From Kofleriaceae bacterium (GTDB lineage: Bacteria; Myxococcota_A; Polyangia; Haliangiales; Haliangiaceae), in contig JBQCJR010000598.1 in the NCBI GenBank assembly GCA_051952595.1, positions 13,384 through 77,383 on the forward strand: a DNA stretch of 64,000 nucleotides, written 5' to 3'. Position 1 is the stretch's first letter, and every line of letters starts with the position of its first letter. Both the position numbers and the translations under genes were made by a program. The notes under the pieces were generated by a model, which ran no database searches, was not told where the DNA came from, and worked only from the letters and a program-made list of their open reading frames with translations. Positions 34,280 through 43,880 of this stretch are shown in pieces.

Positions 34280-34720
34280 ATGGAGATGTCGAAGCAGCAC
34301 CCCTGCGATGGGTGCGTGACGTGCGCCTGCGCGGCCGAGCCCAAGGTGGACGAGGACGGGCTCTGCCTCGCCTGTGGTGGGACGCCCGTCATCATCGCGG
34401 AGCAGGTGAGCGTGGAGGAGCCCCACGTCGGCTCAGATGCAGAGGGCGAGGACGTCACCCGCATCGTCAAGATGCTGCTGCAGCGCAATCCGGGGCGCGG
34501 GAAGGTGCGGCAGAAGCTCGCGACGACGTTGGGGCTCCCCCCCGAGGACGCGACCGCCGTGCACATCGCGCGGGCGCTGCTCGCCGACCTCAACCCGGAC
34601 GAGCAGGGCGGTGCCGCGTCGTTCCTGCAGCTGATCACCTACGTCTGCCGGAGCCTCGCCGACGCCGCCTCCGAGCGCGGGAACAACGCCACCACCGCAC
34701 GGCCGGACGGGCACCCGTGA
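34280..34720 (+). CDS. Cys-rich hypothetical protein (146 aa)
   Basis: Track ORF with AAGGAGG upstream. N-terminal CDGCVTCAC...CLACGG. Confidence 0.6.
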   Translation: MEMSKQHPCDGCVTCACAAEPKVDEDGLCLACGGTPVIIAEQVSVEEPHVGSDAEGEDVTRIVKMLLQRNPGRGKVRQKLATTLGLPPEDATAVHIARALLADLNPDEQGGAASFLQLITYVCRSLADAASERGNNATTARPDGHP

Positions 34721-35634
34721 CCGCGGTGGCGCATCCGGGCGAGCCCCGGCCGCCGCTGAAGTGGGTGGGTGGTAAGGGAGAGTTCCTGGACCGCCACGCC
34801 GGACTGTTGCCCAGCCCCGACGAGGTGACCGGCTACCGCGAGGTCTTCTGCGGCGGCGGAGCGGTGTTCTTCCGGCGCTTCAGCGGCGTGCGGCCGGCGC
34901 GGCTCAGCGACACGAACGCGCTGCTCATCGACACCTACACGGCCGTGCGCGATCATGCGGAGGAGCTTCTCAAGGCGCTCGAGCGTGAGCAGCCCTTCTA
35001 CGGACGGGACGCCTTCTTGGAGCGACGCGCGTCGCTGCGCCACCCCAAGCGGCTCTCGCTCGTGCAGCGCGCCGTGGCTGTCTTCGTCATCAACAAGTGG
35101 GGCTACAACGGGCTATGGCGCGTGAACGCCGCCGGCGGCGTCAACGTGCCCTTCGGGCGCCCCTCCGGGAAGGAGCCACCACGCCTCTACGACCCGGAGA
35201 ACATCCGAGCGTGTTCCGCCGCGCTCCAGGGCGTCGAGCTGCGATGCTGCGACTTCGAGGAGGCGCTCGCCGACGTGGCGCCCGGGGAGTTCGTCTACAT
35301 GGACCCGCCCTACGCGCCCGTCTCCCCCACGGCGAGCTTTACGAGCTACACCGCGGAGGGGTTCAGCTACGGGACCACCCCCCAAAGCGCGCTTTTCGAG
35401 AGCGAGCGTCGCGAGACCGATCAAGAGCGGCTCCAGCGCGTGTTGCTCCACGTCGACGCCCGTGGCGCGCTGTTCGCTCTCTCGAACAGCAACGCGCGGG
35501 TGCTCGCGCCGCTGCGGGCTGCATGGAAGGCGAAGACGCTCCTGTCCAGCCGCTCCATCAACTGCGATGGCAACGGCCGTGGCGCGGTGACCGAGGTGCT
35601 CCTGCGGAACTACACGAGGACCCGCCGCACATGA
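34717..35634 (+). CDS. dam: Dam-class (D12) N6-adenine DNA methyltransferase
   Basis: GTG 34717 forms a GTGA overlap with the upstream stop. Motifs: PLKWVGGKGEF, EVFCGGGAVFF, VYMDPPYAP. Confidence 0.85.
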   Translation: MTAVAHPGEPRPPLKWVGGKGEFLDRHAGLLPSPDEVTGYREVFCGGGAVFFRRFSGVRPARLSDTNALLIDTYTAVRDHAEELLKALEREQPFYGRDAFLERRASLRHPKRLSLVQRAVAVFVINKWGYNGLWRVNAAGGVNVPFGRPSGKEPPRLYDPENIRACSAALQGVELRCCDFEEALADVAPGEFVYMDPPYAPVSPTASFTSYTAEGFSYGTTPQSALFESERRETDQERLQRVLLHVDARGALFALSNSNARVLAPLRAAWKAKTLLSSRSINCDGNGRGAVTEVLLRNYTRTRRT

Positions 35635-36152
35635 GCGAGCACGCGACAGCGCATCAGGAGATCCTAGCGCTTCTCGGGCCGGGCGGTCTGAGCGAGGACG
35701 CGATCGGGAAGCGCGTGAGGCTCGGGCGCCGCCTCACCATCGAGCTCCAGGCCATGGCCTCGATGGGCCTGCTCCACACCGCGCCCGGCCCGCTCGGGCG
35801 CCTCTTCTACGGGCGCACCATGGCGGCTGCCGTGGCCGCAGCCCGGGCCACCTTCGACGCGGAGGTCGCCAAGGAGAAGGAGGCCATCAGGAGCACCGGG
35901 AAGCTCGTCATCCGCGACGAGCGGGTGCAGCGGCAGTTGGGGCCGCTCACCGTGCCCATCTGCGCGCCCACGCTCTGCCGGATGGGGTGCGGGCGCCATG
36001 TGCCTCCGGTCGCCACCATCTGCACCTGGTGCGCGATGGACCTGAAGAAGGGTGGGGAGTGGACGCCGGGCGACGCGACGCGCGGGCTTGCCTCGGCGGG
36101 TGGGCCCCCAGCCACCATGCAGCGCGGCGGCGCTGGAACGAGGAGCCGGTGA
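35631..36152 (+). CDS. winged-helix-like protein with C-terminal Zn ribbon
   Basis: ATGA overlap at 35631. Segments: HQEILALLGPGGLSEDAIGKRV... and CRMGCG...CTWC. Confidence 0.6.
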   Translation: MSEHATAHQEILALLGPGGLSEDAIGKRVRLGRRLTIELQAMASMGLLHTAPGPLGRLFYGRTMAAAVAAARATFDAEVAKEKEAIRSTGKLVIRDERVQRQLGPLTVPICAPTLCRMGCGRHVPPVATICTWCAMDLKKGGEWTPGDATRGLASAGGPPATMQRGGAGTRSR

Positions 36153-36853
36153 TGCTGAAGGTCCTCGGTATCGACCCCGGCGCGAAGGAGTGCACTGCGT
36201 CGCTGCTCATCGTGTCGCCCACCGGCGCTGCGACGCGGGAGCGCAGTTTCACCTTCGCGGCAGAGTGCCCGCACGTGGCCCGCGCCATCCCGAGCGACAT
36301 CAACCTGGTCGCGGTCGAGATGCCCGAGGGCTTCGCCTACGCGACCTACCGCGTGCCCCATCTCCTCAAGGCGACCGCGGCCGCCGCTCGGGCCGAAATG
36401 CTGGCCTACCTGCAAGGGATCCGCTGCATCCAGAAACCCGCCGAGTGGTGGCGCGGGATCCTCTGTCGGAAGCCCAACGCGAGCGATGCGCACGTGCGGG
36501 CGGTGCTCAAAGCGCTCGTGAGCGGAGCCGGGGGCAGCGTCCACGCGCATGATGGCAGCGGGATCGCGCTGGCTGCCGCGTGGGAGTTCCTCCAGATCTC
36601 GCCTGGCCGCCGCCCGCAGCCAAGCGCCGAGGCCGAGCGGGAGATCTTCGGCATCCTGGCGAGCGAGGCGCAGAAGAAGAGCCAGAAGCGCGCTGCCACC
36701 ATCGCGAAGCGTCAGGCACAGGCCGTTTGCGTGGGCGGCGCCTTCGGGAGTTCCACCCGCTGCTTGCAACATGCAGGCGCGGACATCGGCGCAGATGGTG
36801 TGTGCGCCGGCGCCAAGGTCGCCCAGCGAGCAAGGCGGGCCAGGACGCGGTAG
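36152..36853 (+). CDS. RuvC-like Holliday-junction resolvase
   Basis: TGATG overlap at 36152. Motifs: MLKVLGIDPGAKE, VAVEMPEG, HAHDGSGIALAAAW. Confidence 0.7.
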   Translation: MLKVLGIDPGAKECTASLLIVSPTGAATRERSFTFAAECPHVARAIPSDINLVAVEMPEGFAYATYRVPHLLKATAAAARAEMLAYLQGIRCIQKPAEWWRGILCRKPNASDAHVRAVLKALVSGAGGSVHAHDGSGIALAAAWEFLQISPGRRPQPSAEAEREIFGILASEAQKKSQKRAATIAKRQAQAVCVGGAFGSSTRCLQHAGADIGADGVCAGAKVAQRARRARTR

Positions 36854-36863
36854 CATCAGGCCC

Positions 36864-37502
36864 ATGGCCGCCGATTCCGAGCTGCGCTTCAACGACGTCG
36901 ACTTCTTCCAAGAGGACCTCAAGAACCCGCGCACGCGGACGGAGGACGACGTGATCGCCTTCGCCAAGGCCATCGCTGAGTTCGGCTTCCGCATCCCCCT
37001 CCTCGCGCTGAGCAGCGGCGCGCTCAAGGACGGGCACTTCCGCGTCCAGACGGTGCGCTGGATGCGTGAGCACATGCCTGACGCCTACCGGGCGAAGGGG
37101 CTCGATCGCCTCATGTGGCTGTGCGTCGACGATCTGAGCGAGGCCCAGATCCTGGCGCTCTCCGTCTCGGTGAACCGGCAGGCTGAGCGGAGCCGATGGC
37201 ATACCGACCTTCTCGGGGAGCGCCTCGAGCTCATCGACGCGGCCGGCATCGTTCCCCTCGGCGAAGAGGGGCCGATCGGGTTCGGGCTGGGCGATGTGTC
37301 AGAGCGCGACACCGAGGAGGAGAAGGGGTGGGACCTCGACGCGCGCACCGAGGACGTCGCGCAGATATCGGTCCGCGTTCGCGTCCCACGGAGCTTCGAC
37401 GTGCGGCGCGCGGTCGAAGAGGCGCTCGCCGGGCACGACGTCGAGAAGGTGGAAGTCTCCGTGATCCAGCGCAGTGCCCGAGGCGTCGAGGACCTCGCGT
37501 GA
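36864..37502 (+). CDS. ParB-like nuclease-domain protein
   Basis: Track ORF trimmed to ATG 36864. Motif: NPRTRTEDDVIAFAKAIAEFGFRIPLLAL...LKDGHFRVQTV. Confidence 0.65.
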   Translation: MAADSELRFNDVDFFQEDLKNPRTRTEDDVIAFAKAIAEFGFRIPLLALSSGALKDGHFRVQTVRWMREHMPDAYRAKGLDRLMWLCVDDLSEAQILALSVSVNRQAERSRWHTDLLGERLELIDAAGIVPLGEEGPIGFGLGDVSERDTEEEKGWDLDARTEDVAQISVRVRVPRSFDVRRAVEEALAGHDVEKVEVSVIQRSARGVEDLA

Positions 37503-38179
37503 GCGCCAAGCGGAAGCGCATCGCTGGTCTCGGCGACGGTCGCACGCGCGAGAGCCACACGAACACAGCGCTCTCCACCAAGGTGGACCTGCGCCACTGG
37601 TTACTCGAGCAACTCGCCGCACGCGGTGTCGCCGCCCCACGGATCCTCGACTGCTTCTGCGCCGGCGGCCAGATGTGGGCGCGCGCCTACGGAAGGCCAG
37701 CGCAGGATCGCTACTTGGGCATCGACCTGGATCTGTACCGGGACGAGCGCCGCACCATCGTCGCCGACAGCGCGCGCTTCCTTCGCGACGTCGAGTTCCG
37801 GGCGGGCGAGTGGGACGTCTACGACCTCGACGCCTTCGGCACCCCGTTCGAGCACTTGGCGGTGCTCGGCCGCCGCCTCGGCGAGGCCGAGATCGACCCC
37901 GGCCGCGCCTTCGGCTTCGTGCTGACGGACGGCACCGGGTTCGCCTCGAGGATGAGCAACATGAGCCGCGGCCTGCTGCGCTATGTCGGGGTCGCGCAGC
38001 ACGCCTGCACGTCCTTTCAGCAAGACAACCGGATCGCCATCGAGCAGATGGCTATCCGTCGCGCGATGACGGAGGCCGGGCTCGACGTCGTTGAACACCG
38101 GGTCATGGCCCACAAAGGGCGTCGACCCTCAGCGGAAATGCGGTATATCGCACTTGTCGCACTCAAGCGGCCCGGTTGA
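37499..38179 (+). CDS. SAM-dependent methyltransferase-like protein (ParB-linked)
   Basis: GTG 37499 forms a GTGA overlap. Motifs: ILDCFCAGGQMW (motif I-like) and VYDLDAFGTP (cf. the D-x-D-P-F-G of TRM1-type enzymes). Confidence 0.55.
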   Translation: MSAKRKRIAGLGDGRTRESHTNTALSTKVDLRHWLLEQLAARGVAAPRILDCFCAGGQMWARAYGRPAQDRYLGIDLDLYRDERRTIVADSARFLRDVEFRAGEWDVYDLDAFGTPFEHLAVLGRRLGEAEIDPGRAFGFVLTDGTGFASRMSNMSRGLLRYVGVAQHACTSFQQDNRIAIEQMAIRRAMTEAGLDVVEHRVMAHKGRRPSAEMRYIALVALKRPG

Positions 38180-38208
38180 CCTGGGCCGCATCATCCGAGG
38201 AGAACATC

Positions 38209-38817
38209 ATGCCGTCGAACATCGATCCGCAGACGTCCGCCACGATGGCGGGCGGCGTCGCCGGGGTCGTGCGCGGGCTCTCGCCCGAGCAGATCCACAC
38301 CCTCGTGCTCCGCGCCCCCGATCACGTCGTCGCCCAGCTGGGCGCGAACTTCCTGCACACGCCCGCCGAGGGCGAGGCGGGCGCGGCCGCGCCGGTCACC
38401 ACCACGCGGGGGGCCGGGCGGCGGACCATCAAGCGGATGGCGCGCGCCGGGGCCCGGGGCGCCCGCGTGGCCGGGCGGGCGGGCGGCCGCACGGGGGGCG
38501 CGATCAAGGGGCGGGCCGCCGGGGGGCGCGCGCAGCGCGGTGCGCAGCAGAAGATCACCATCAACGAGGGCGACGGGAAGCTCTTCTGGGACGCGCTGAA
38601 CGCCGGCGGCGCCACGATCAGCGAGTTGCAGAAGAAGCTCGGCTGGGGGCGCAGCCGCGTCTACGACACCGCCGCGGCGCTCAAGGACGTGCAGAAGGCG
38701 AAGATGGGCCGCGCCACCGTCTACGGCCGCACCAAGGAGGCCGTGCAGAAGCGCATCGGCGAGGGCAACACCAAGCCCGCCCGCCGGGCGCGCAAGACCG
38801 CCGTCGCCCAAGCCTGA
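38209..38817 (+). CDS. hypothetical basic protein with C-terminal HTH-like segment
   Basis: Track ORF trimmed to ATG 38209 (GAGGAGAA upstream). HTH-like segment: ATISELQKKLGWGRSRVYDTAAAL. Confidence 0.6.
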   Translation: MPSNIDPQTSATMAGGVAGVVRGLSPEQIHTLVLRAPDHVVAQLGANFLHTPAEGEAGAAAPVTTTRGAGRRTIKRMARAGARGARVAGRAGGRTGGAIKGRAAGGRAQRGAQQKITINEGDGKLFWDALNAGGATISELQKKLGWGRSRVYDTAAALKDVQKAKMGRATVYGRTKEAVQKRIGEGNTKPARRARKTAVAQA

Positions 38818-38985
38818 CCCGCCGCAACTCCGAGTCGCCGGCCGACGACGCAACGACGCGGCTGGCCGGCGGTTCCGCCACACAGCGAACAGCCCTACGC
38901 ACAGGGGCCGAACCGACAATCCCGACGCCGGGCGTTGTTCGGGTTCGGGCATCAGCGCACCTTCTCGTGTTGGGAGGTCGCGGCG

Positions 38986-40221
38986 ATGGGGCAACACGGC
39001 GGTGAGCATGGGCACGAGACGGCGGAGGAGACAGAGACCGGGCCCGATGCAGGACGGCTCGCGGGTCTCATCGCACGGCTGGACGCGGAGCTCGACGAGG
39101 AGATCGCCCGGCGGCGCGCGGCCGCGCAGTCGCTGAGCGACATCTCGTCGCCCGGCGGCGCTGACGTCGAGGTGGTGCGCGCGCTTCACGCGCAGAGCGA
39201 GTCCGGGCTCTGGCGAGGGCTGATCCAGGGCATCGTGATCCTGGCGCACGATGCGGCCCGGGCGTTTGGCGGCGAGCCCCAGAAGATGGTGGTGCAGCCC
39301 CCGCGGGAGTACTCGTTCGACGGGCCTCAGCCGGCGCTCGGCTTCCTCCTGCTCAACGAGACGCAACTCGGCGGCGGGACGGTGACGCTCGGCCGCAACG
39401 ACGGCGGCGAGCGGGAGGAGACCGCCGTCGAGCGGGCGTTGGGGGATCACCTCGGCATCTCCTACACGCCGGTCTCGAGCCGAAGCTCGGCTGGCCCGGC
39501 CGACACGAGCGGCTCTGCGCGTGGGCAGCGCACCGTCGAGCTTCGCGTTGAGGTGAGCCGTGCGCTCGCCGCAGCCAAGCTGGGCGTGGTCGACCTCCAG
39601 ATGCTCGCCCTGGCCGACGTGGGCGTGCAGAAGGCGTCCGAGAAGGGAGAGGCCATGGCGCTGGAGGCGTACATCCGCCGCGCCATCCAGCGCTCTTGCT
39701 ACGAGCACGGTCAGCTGTCCTGGCCGCTACTCGCGCCCTTCGCGGCACGCATCGGCGCCAACGCCCTCCACCTGCAGCGCTTCGCCGAGGGCAAGACGCA
39801 GATCGAGCCCGCCATCATCGCCGCGTTCGCGGCACAGTTCCCCCGCGGGCACGCGGAGCTCGTGGAGATCGCGGTCGCGGACGCCGCCGCGCGGCCGAAC
39901 ATCGAGGTGCTCGAGAAGCCGGGGCAGTTCGTGCGGAAGCCCATCGGCCAGGTGACGTACCGGCGCCTGCGGCCTCTGGAGATCGCGGCGCGGATGGTGT
40001 TCGCGCTCGGCCACGAGCCGGTCTCGGCCGCCGCCGTGGGGAAGCGGATCGCGAAGAGCCGGCGGACGTTCGCGGAGAAGCTCGCTGGGCGCTTCCTGAT
40101 CCCGCCGACGCGGCCCAGGGATGAGCCCAAGCCACCTCCGCAGCGCACCACGCATGAGGTCCCGCCTCGGCCTCGCGTCTTTGACGTGAGGGAGCACCTC
40201 GGCGGGAGGAACTCCGGATGA
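38986..40221 (+). CDS. hypothetical protein (411 aa)
   Basis: Track ORF trimmed to ATG 38986 (GGGAGG upstream). Confidence 0.6.
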   Translation: MGQHGGEHGHETAEETETGPDAGRLAGLIARLDAELDEEIARRRAAAQSLSDISSPGGADVEVVRALHAQSESGLWRGLIQGIVILAHDAARAFGGEPQKMVVQPPREYSFDGPQPALGFLLLNETQLGGGTVTLGRNDGGEREETAVERALGDHLGISYTPVSSRSSAGPADTSGSARGQRTVELRVEVSRALAAAKLGVVDLQMLALADVGVQKASEKGEAMALEAYIRRAIQRSCYEHGQLSWPLLAPFAARIGANALHLQRFAEGKTQIEPAIIAAFAAQFPRGHAELVEIAVADAAARPNIEVLEKPGQFVRKPIGQVTYRRLRPLEIAARMVFALGHEPVSAAAVGKRIAKSRRTFAEKLAGRFLIPPTRPRDEPKPPPQRTTHEVPPRPRVFDVREHLGGRNSG

Positions 40222-40565
40222 GCGGGGCGGCGGCCGAGGAGAAGAAGGTCTTCCAGGGGCTGAAGGAGATCGCCGCCTACTTGGGGAAGAGCCAGCGCTG
40301 GCTTCAGCGCATGATCGCGACCCCACCCGCCGATCTCCCGCGTGTGCCGGTGCGACACAACGTGACCGGGTACTACGCCACGCGGGTGGATCTGGACTAC
40401 TGGATCTCGAGCACCGATCAGCCGGCCCACGAGCGCGTGGAACTGCTCCGCCTTCGCCGTGTCGTTGCCGGCATGGGGACGGTGGTGCACGCGGAGCTGG
40501 TCTCGCCGGCGCCCGCCGTCACGCGCCAGGCCACGGCCCTTCTCTCCATGCACGACGGGGGATGA
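40218..40565 (+). CDS. excisionase/AlpA-like HTH DNA-binding protein
   Basis: ATGA overlap at 40218. Segment: LKEIAAYLGKSQRWLQRMI...VPVRHNVTGYYATRVDLDYWI. It lies two genes upstream of the integrase. Confidence 0.6.
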   Translation: MSGAAAEEKKVFQGLKEIAAYLGKSQRWLQRMIATPPADLPRVPVRHNVTGYYATRVDLDYWISSTDQPAHERVELLRLRRVVAGMGTVVHAELVSPAPAVTRQATALLSMHDGG

Positions 40566-40579
40566 AGCGCGGGCGCTTC
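40564..40579 (+). terminator. Short GC hairpin overlapping the stop of 40218..40565
   Basis: GAAGCGC (40564..40570) and GCGCTTC (40573..40579) are complementary, so the effective structure is a 6-bp stem with a 4-nt loop. No T-tract. Confidence 0.3.
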
Positions 40580-40838
40580 GCGCCGCGGTCCGACGTGGCG
40601 TGTCGCCAGTTGGCGTGTGCAGGCGCGAAACCGCGGCGAACACGCTGCAGGAAATCCACTCCGCGTCGCCTTACGTCATCTCCACAACCCCCCGGTCGCG
40701 GTGCATGCTCGGGCCATCCTCGGACGTGGACCGGGTGACGCGCCCTCAGCCGTTGCGCAAGACGCGGCGCCGGTCCCCGCGCTCCCGTCCGAGGAGTCTT
40801 CTTCCCTCTCCGCGCGCTGGCGCGGCAGGAGCTGCACC

Positions 40839-41165
40839 GTGCCCACCTCCCCCCGCGCTTCCGTCATCGTCGCGTCGTCGGACGTGTCCCAGGAGCTTGT
40901 CGACATCCTTACCGAGCTCCTCGCGCACGCGCAGAGGGGCGAGGTGCGCTCGGTCGCTTTTGTGGCTCGTGGCCCCGACCTCTCCATCACGCAGTTCTTC
41001 CCCGCCGAGGGCGAGGATCCGGCCGCGCTCCTCGGCGAGGTTCACATCCTCGCGACGAGGGCAACCATGGAGATGGCGGAGGACGACCACGTGCGCGAGG
41101 TCGCCGCCGAGGTGGAGGAGCGCATCGGGCTCCGCCGCCCGCCCGGCTCCGATCAGCCCTCCTGA
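40839..41165 (+). CDS. hypothetical protein (108 aa)
   Basis: Protein-like part of track ORF 40617..41165, from GTG 40839 (AGGAG 9 nt upstream): VPTSPRASVIVASSDVSQELVDILTELLAHAQRGEV... Confidence 0.5.
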   Translation: MPTSPRASVIVASSDVSQELVDILTELLAHAQRGEVRSVAFVARGPDLSITQFFPAEGEDPAALLGEVHILATRATMEMAEDDHVREVAAEVEERIGLRRPPGSDQPS

Positions 41166-41215
41166 GAGCCACGGCGCCTCCAGCCGGCGGAAGTATGACC
41201 GGTCCGCGGGACCCG

Positions 41216-41372
41216 CCGACCACGGCCGGCGACCAGCCGGACCATGGCGATCAGTCCGACCAGTCCGACCATCAACAGGACGAGAAACCCTTCGTTCGCC
41301 GCTGTTTCTGACACGGCTGAGAAGGGCAGATTCTCGGCCCTATCCGACCAGGGGTCCGACCATGACCGACCA
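41216..41372 (+). repeat. Cluster of same-orientation (T)CCGACCA repeats flanking a lower-GC segment; candidate integrase arm sites / attP
   Basis: TCCGACCA at 41255, 41264, 41343 and 41355. CCGACCA at 41216 and 41366. Degenerate copies GCGACCA at 41229 and CGGACCA at 41238. Inverted repeat AGAAAC (41283..41288) / GTTTCT (41304..41309) lies between the two groups. The int ATG (41362) lies inside the last group. Confidence 0.6.
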
Positions 41373-42897
41373 TGCCAAAAAGCCAGCGAATCCGGAGAGA
41401 TCCGCGGCCGGCTCGAAGGCGTGGGCGACTAGGCGCGCCCGGGCCGCTGCGGCGGCCTCGCCCGCCGAGATCTCAACGTCGACCATCAAGGCCGAGATCG
41501 CCCCGCCGCAGGCCGCGGCCAGCGCCCCCGCCGCCCCTCCGGCGCGGCTCGAGCAGACGGACCCATTCGGGGTGGCCGCCCTCCCGGGCGGTGTCCCGGT
41601 GGTGATCGACCTCGCCGATCCCGAGGCGCTGGCGCGGGCTGCCCAGATCGCAGCGAAGCTGGCTCAGGGTGGGATGGCCGGCCAGGGGCACCTGCAGTCG
41701 CTCCTCGCCAAGAGCGGGGCGCCGCTCGCGCCTGGACAGATCAGCGCCTTCCCGCCGCGGCCTGGCGCGCTCGGCGGCGACCTCCCCCCGCTCCTGCCTG
41801 TCGAGCAGGTCGACCTGGAGCAGATCACCTTCCTCGCGGCGCCAGCGCCGGCCACGATCCAGATCGGACGGCATCCGGTGCCTGCGCCTGCCCCCGTGGT
41901 CGCGCCCCGGCCAGGGCCCCGCGCCGTGGCAGCGCCGCATGGGCGCGCGGCGCTCGCCAAGGCGCCCAGCCTCACCGAGCTCAACGTCGACGCCGCCGCC
42001 TTCGCCGAGGCCGGGACCTCGCCGGCGACTCGCCGCGCCTACCACGTCGAGTGGGTCAAGTTCCACGCGTGGTGCGATCGCCACGGGCGCCGGCTCCTCC
42101 CCACCGAGCCCGCCGACCTCGCGCGCTACATCACCGAGCTGGCCAAGAACGGCTCGGCTGTCGCCACGATCGAGAAGTCCCTCGCGGCGATCAGCCGGGC
42201 CAACACGATGCAGGGGTACCCGTCGCCCCGACACGACCCGATCGTGCGCGACGTGCGCCGCGGCATCCGCCGCGAGATGGGGCGCCCCGCCCGGCAGAAG
42301 GCCCCCATCCGCGTGGCTGCCCTGCGGATGATGGTCGCCACCTTCAAGCCGGACACCCTCGACGGCCTGCGCAACAGGGCCATCCTCCTGGTGGGGTGGG
42401 CCGGCGCGATGCGCCGCAGCGAGATCGTGGGCATCACCATCGCCCAGATCGAGTGGCAGGAGGAGGGGGTGGTGATCACCCTCGGCCGCTCGAAGACTGA
42501 CCAGGAGGGCAAGGGGCAGATCGTCGCCATCGCGCGCGGGAAGCGCCCCGAGACTTGCCCGGTGCGCGCGCTCCAGCTCTGGATCGCCGCGGCCAAGATC
42601 ATGAGCGGCCCCGTCTTCCGAGCGCTCGGGCGCAGCAACGTCGTCAGCGCCGAGGCGATCGGGCCCCGCGAGGTCGCCCGCATCGTGAAGCTCGCCGCGG
42701 CCCGCGCCGGGCTCGACCCCAAGGCGGTCGCCGGGCACTCGCTCCGGTCGGGCCACGCCACCGAGGCATCTCGGCAAGGGCGGAGCGACAAGGACATCCA
42801 GGCGCAGCTCCGGCACGCGAAGATGGAGACCACCCAGCGCTACATCCGGCGCGCGAAGGCCATCGACACCACCACGTCGAAGGGCATCGGCCTCTGA
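41362..42897 (+). CDS. int: tyrosine recombinase / phage integrase with long N-terminal extension
   Basis: Track ORF 40459..42897 trimmed to ATG 41362. Catalytic-domain motifs: GAMRRSEI, HSLRSGHAT, LRHAKMETTQRY. Confidence 0.85.
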   Translation: MTDHAKKPANPERSAAGSKAWATRRARAAAAASPAEISTSTIKAEIAPPQAAASAPAAPPARLEQTDPFGVAALPGGVPVVIDLADPEALARAAQIAAKLAQGGMAGQGHLQSLLAKSGAPLAPGQISAFPPRPGALGGDLPPLLPVEQVDLEQITFLAAPAPATIQIGRHPVPAPAPVVAPRPGPRAVAAPHGRAALAKAPSLTELNVDAAAFAEAGTSPATRRAYHVEWVKFHAWCDRHGRRLLPTEPADLARYITELAKNGSAVATIEKSLAAISRANTMQGYPSPRHDPIVRDVRRGIRREMGRPARQKAPIRVAALRMMVATFKPDTLDGLRNRAILLVGWAGAMRRSEIVGITIAQIEWQEEGVVITLGRSKTDQEGKGQIVAIARGKRPETCPVRALQLWIAAAKIMSGPVFRALGRSNVVSAEAIGPREVARIVKLAAARAGLDPKAVAGHSLRSGHATEASRQGRSDKDIQAQLRHAKMETTQRYIRRAKAIDTTTSKGIGL

Positions 42898-43074
42898 TCG
42901 GGGCGCCTACGCCATGAACAGTCCGCGACCGACGCCGCCGAGATCGGGAAGCGCGGCGGCACCTCGAAGAAGACGCCTGACACTGTGGCAGGCTCGAGGC
43001 GCCACCCCGCTCCCCGATCTTCTGGCCGTGGCCGATCGCGCCGGATCTCGCTCGCTGACTAGGAGGGAGCAACC

Positions 43075-43518
43075 ATGGAGATCACGAAGCTCGACGAGTT
43101 CGTGTTCAAAGCGAAGCGTGCGGTCTGCCATGCCGAGGAGCGGTTGCAGTGCGCCAAGGCGGCGCGAGCCACCGTGCTGATGGTGCGCGAGAAGTACCCC
43201 GACGCGGAGCCGTTCGGCCACTGGTCCTCCGCGGATCCCGCCATCCCGATCTTGTGGGCGTCGACGAGCGTGCGCGGGAGCAAGGTCGACATCCAGCGGC
43301 TGGTGTGGGGCTGGAACGGCGGACGCTCGCCCGGCGGCTCGGCCGTGTCCCACGTGCTCTACGACGAGTTCATTTACGACGGCGAAGTGGTCCGCATCTA
43401 CTCGCCGGACGAGGTGGACGTGCTGCGGGCCTTCGCGAACTTCAACGCCGGGCGGCAGGATCTGGTGGCCGCCATGCGGACGTCGGCGAAGCGGGCCACG
43501 AACTCGCCGGTCGCCTGA
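43075..43518 (+). CDS. hypothetical protein (147 aa)
   Basis: Track ORF with AGGAGGGAG upstream. It sits in the accessory position just after int. Confidence 0.65.
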   Translation: MEITKLDEFVFKAKRAVCHAEERLQCAKAARATVLMVREKYPDAEPFGHWSSADPAIPILWASTSVRGSKVDIQRLVWGWNGGRSPGGSAVSHVLYDEFIYDGEVVRIYSPDEVDVLRAFANFNAGRQDLVAAMRTSAKRATNSPVA

Positions 43519-43531
43519 GCAGGCGCGACTT

Positions 43532-43852
43532 CTACGGATCGCTGCAGCCAGAGTACCCATGGTTCCTGCACGGGGTCTCGCCTCTGACGTAGTGCGCGAA
43601 CGTGCAGTTGCGGCACCGCCCAGCGGCCTCACACCGACCGGGCAGCCGGCAGTCATCGTCGTCCAGGCGGCGAGTCGTTGGGGCCGGAGCATCTTTCAGC
43701 ATGGCCCTGCCCAGTTGGGTGGGGTTCCGGTTCACGTCGAGCAGCCCAGCCTCTTGAAGCTCTGCGGCCATGGCCAGCCACTTGGCCAGCATCATGGATG
43801 CGCGCTTGCCCCCGGGAGCGCCCACGTTCGGCAGTCGACGCTTCGTGGTCAC
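43532..43852 (-). CDS. Cys-rich hypothetical protein (106 aa)
   Basis: Track ORF trimmed to GTG 43852 (GAGG 7 nt upstream). C-terminal CRLPGRCEAAGRCRNC...C...C. Confidence 0.5.
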   Translation of the reverse strand: MTTKRRLPNVGAPGGKRASMMLAKWLAMAAELQEAGLLDVNRNPTQLGRAMLKDAPAPTTRRLDDDDCRLPGRCEAAGRCRNCTFAHYVRGETPCRNHGYSGCSDP

Positions 43853-43880
43853 GCAACACCTCTGGCAACTTGCAACGACG

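Noticed and set aside
38191-39708. 505-aa minus-strand track ORF
   Set aside because: It is antisense to two plus-strand ORFs that have RBSs, and it is Arg/Gly/Pro-rich with no motif. I treat it as a GC-content artefact.
40459-41361. N-terminal 300-aa extension of the integrase ORF in the track (812 aa)
   Set aside because: The extension is S/P/R-rich and overlaps the separately supported ORFs 40218..40565 and 40839..41165. A protein-like N-terminus starts at ATG 41362.
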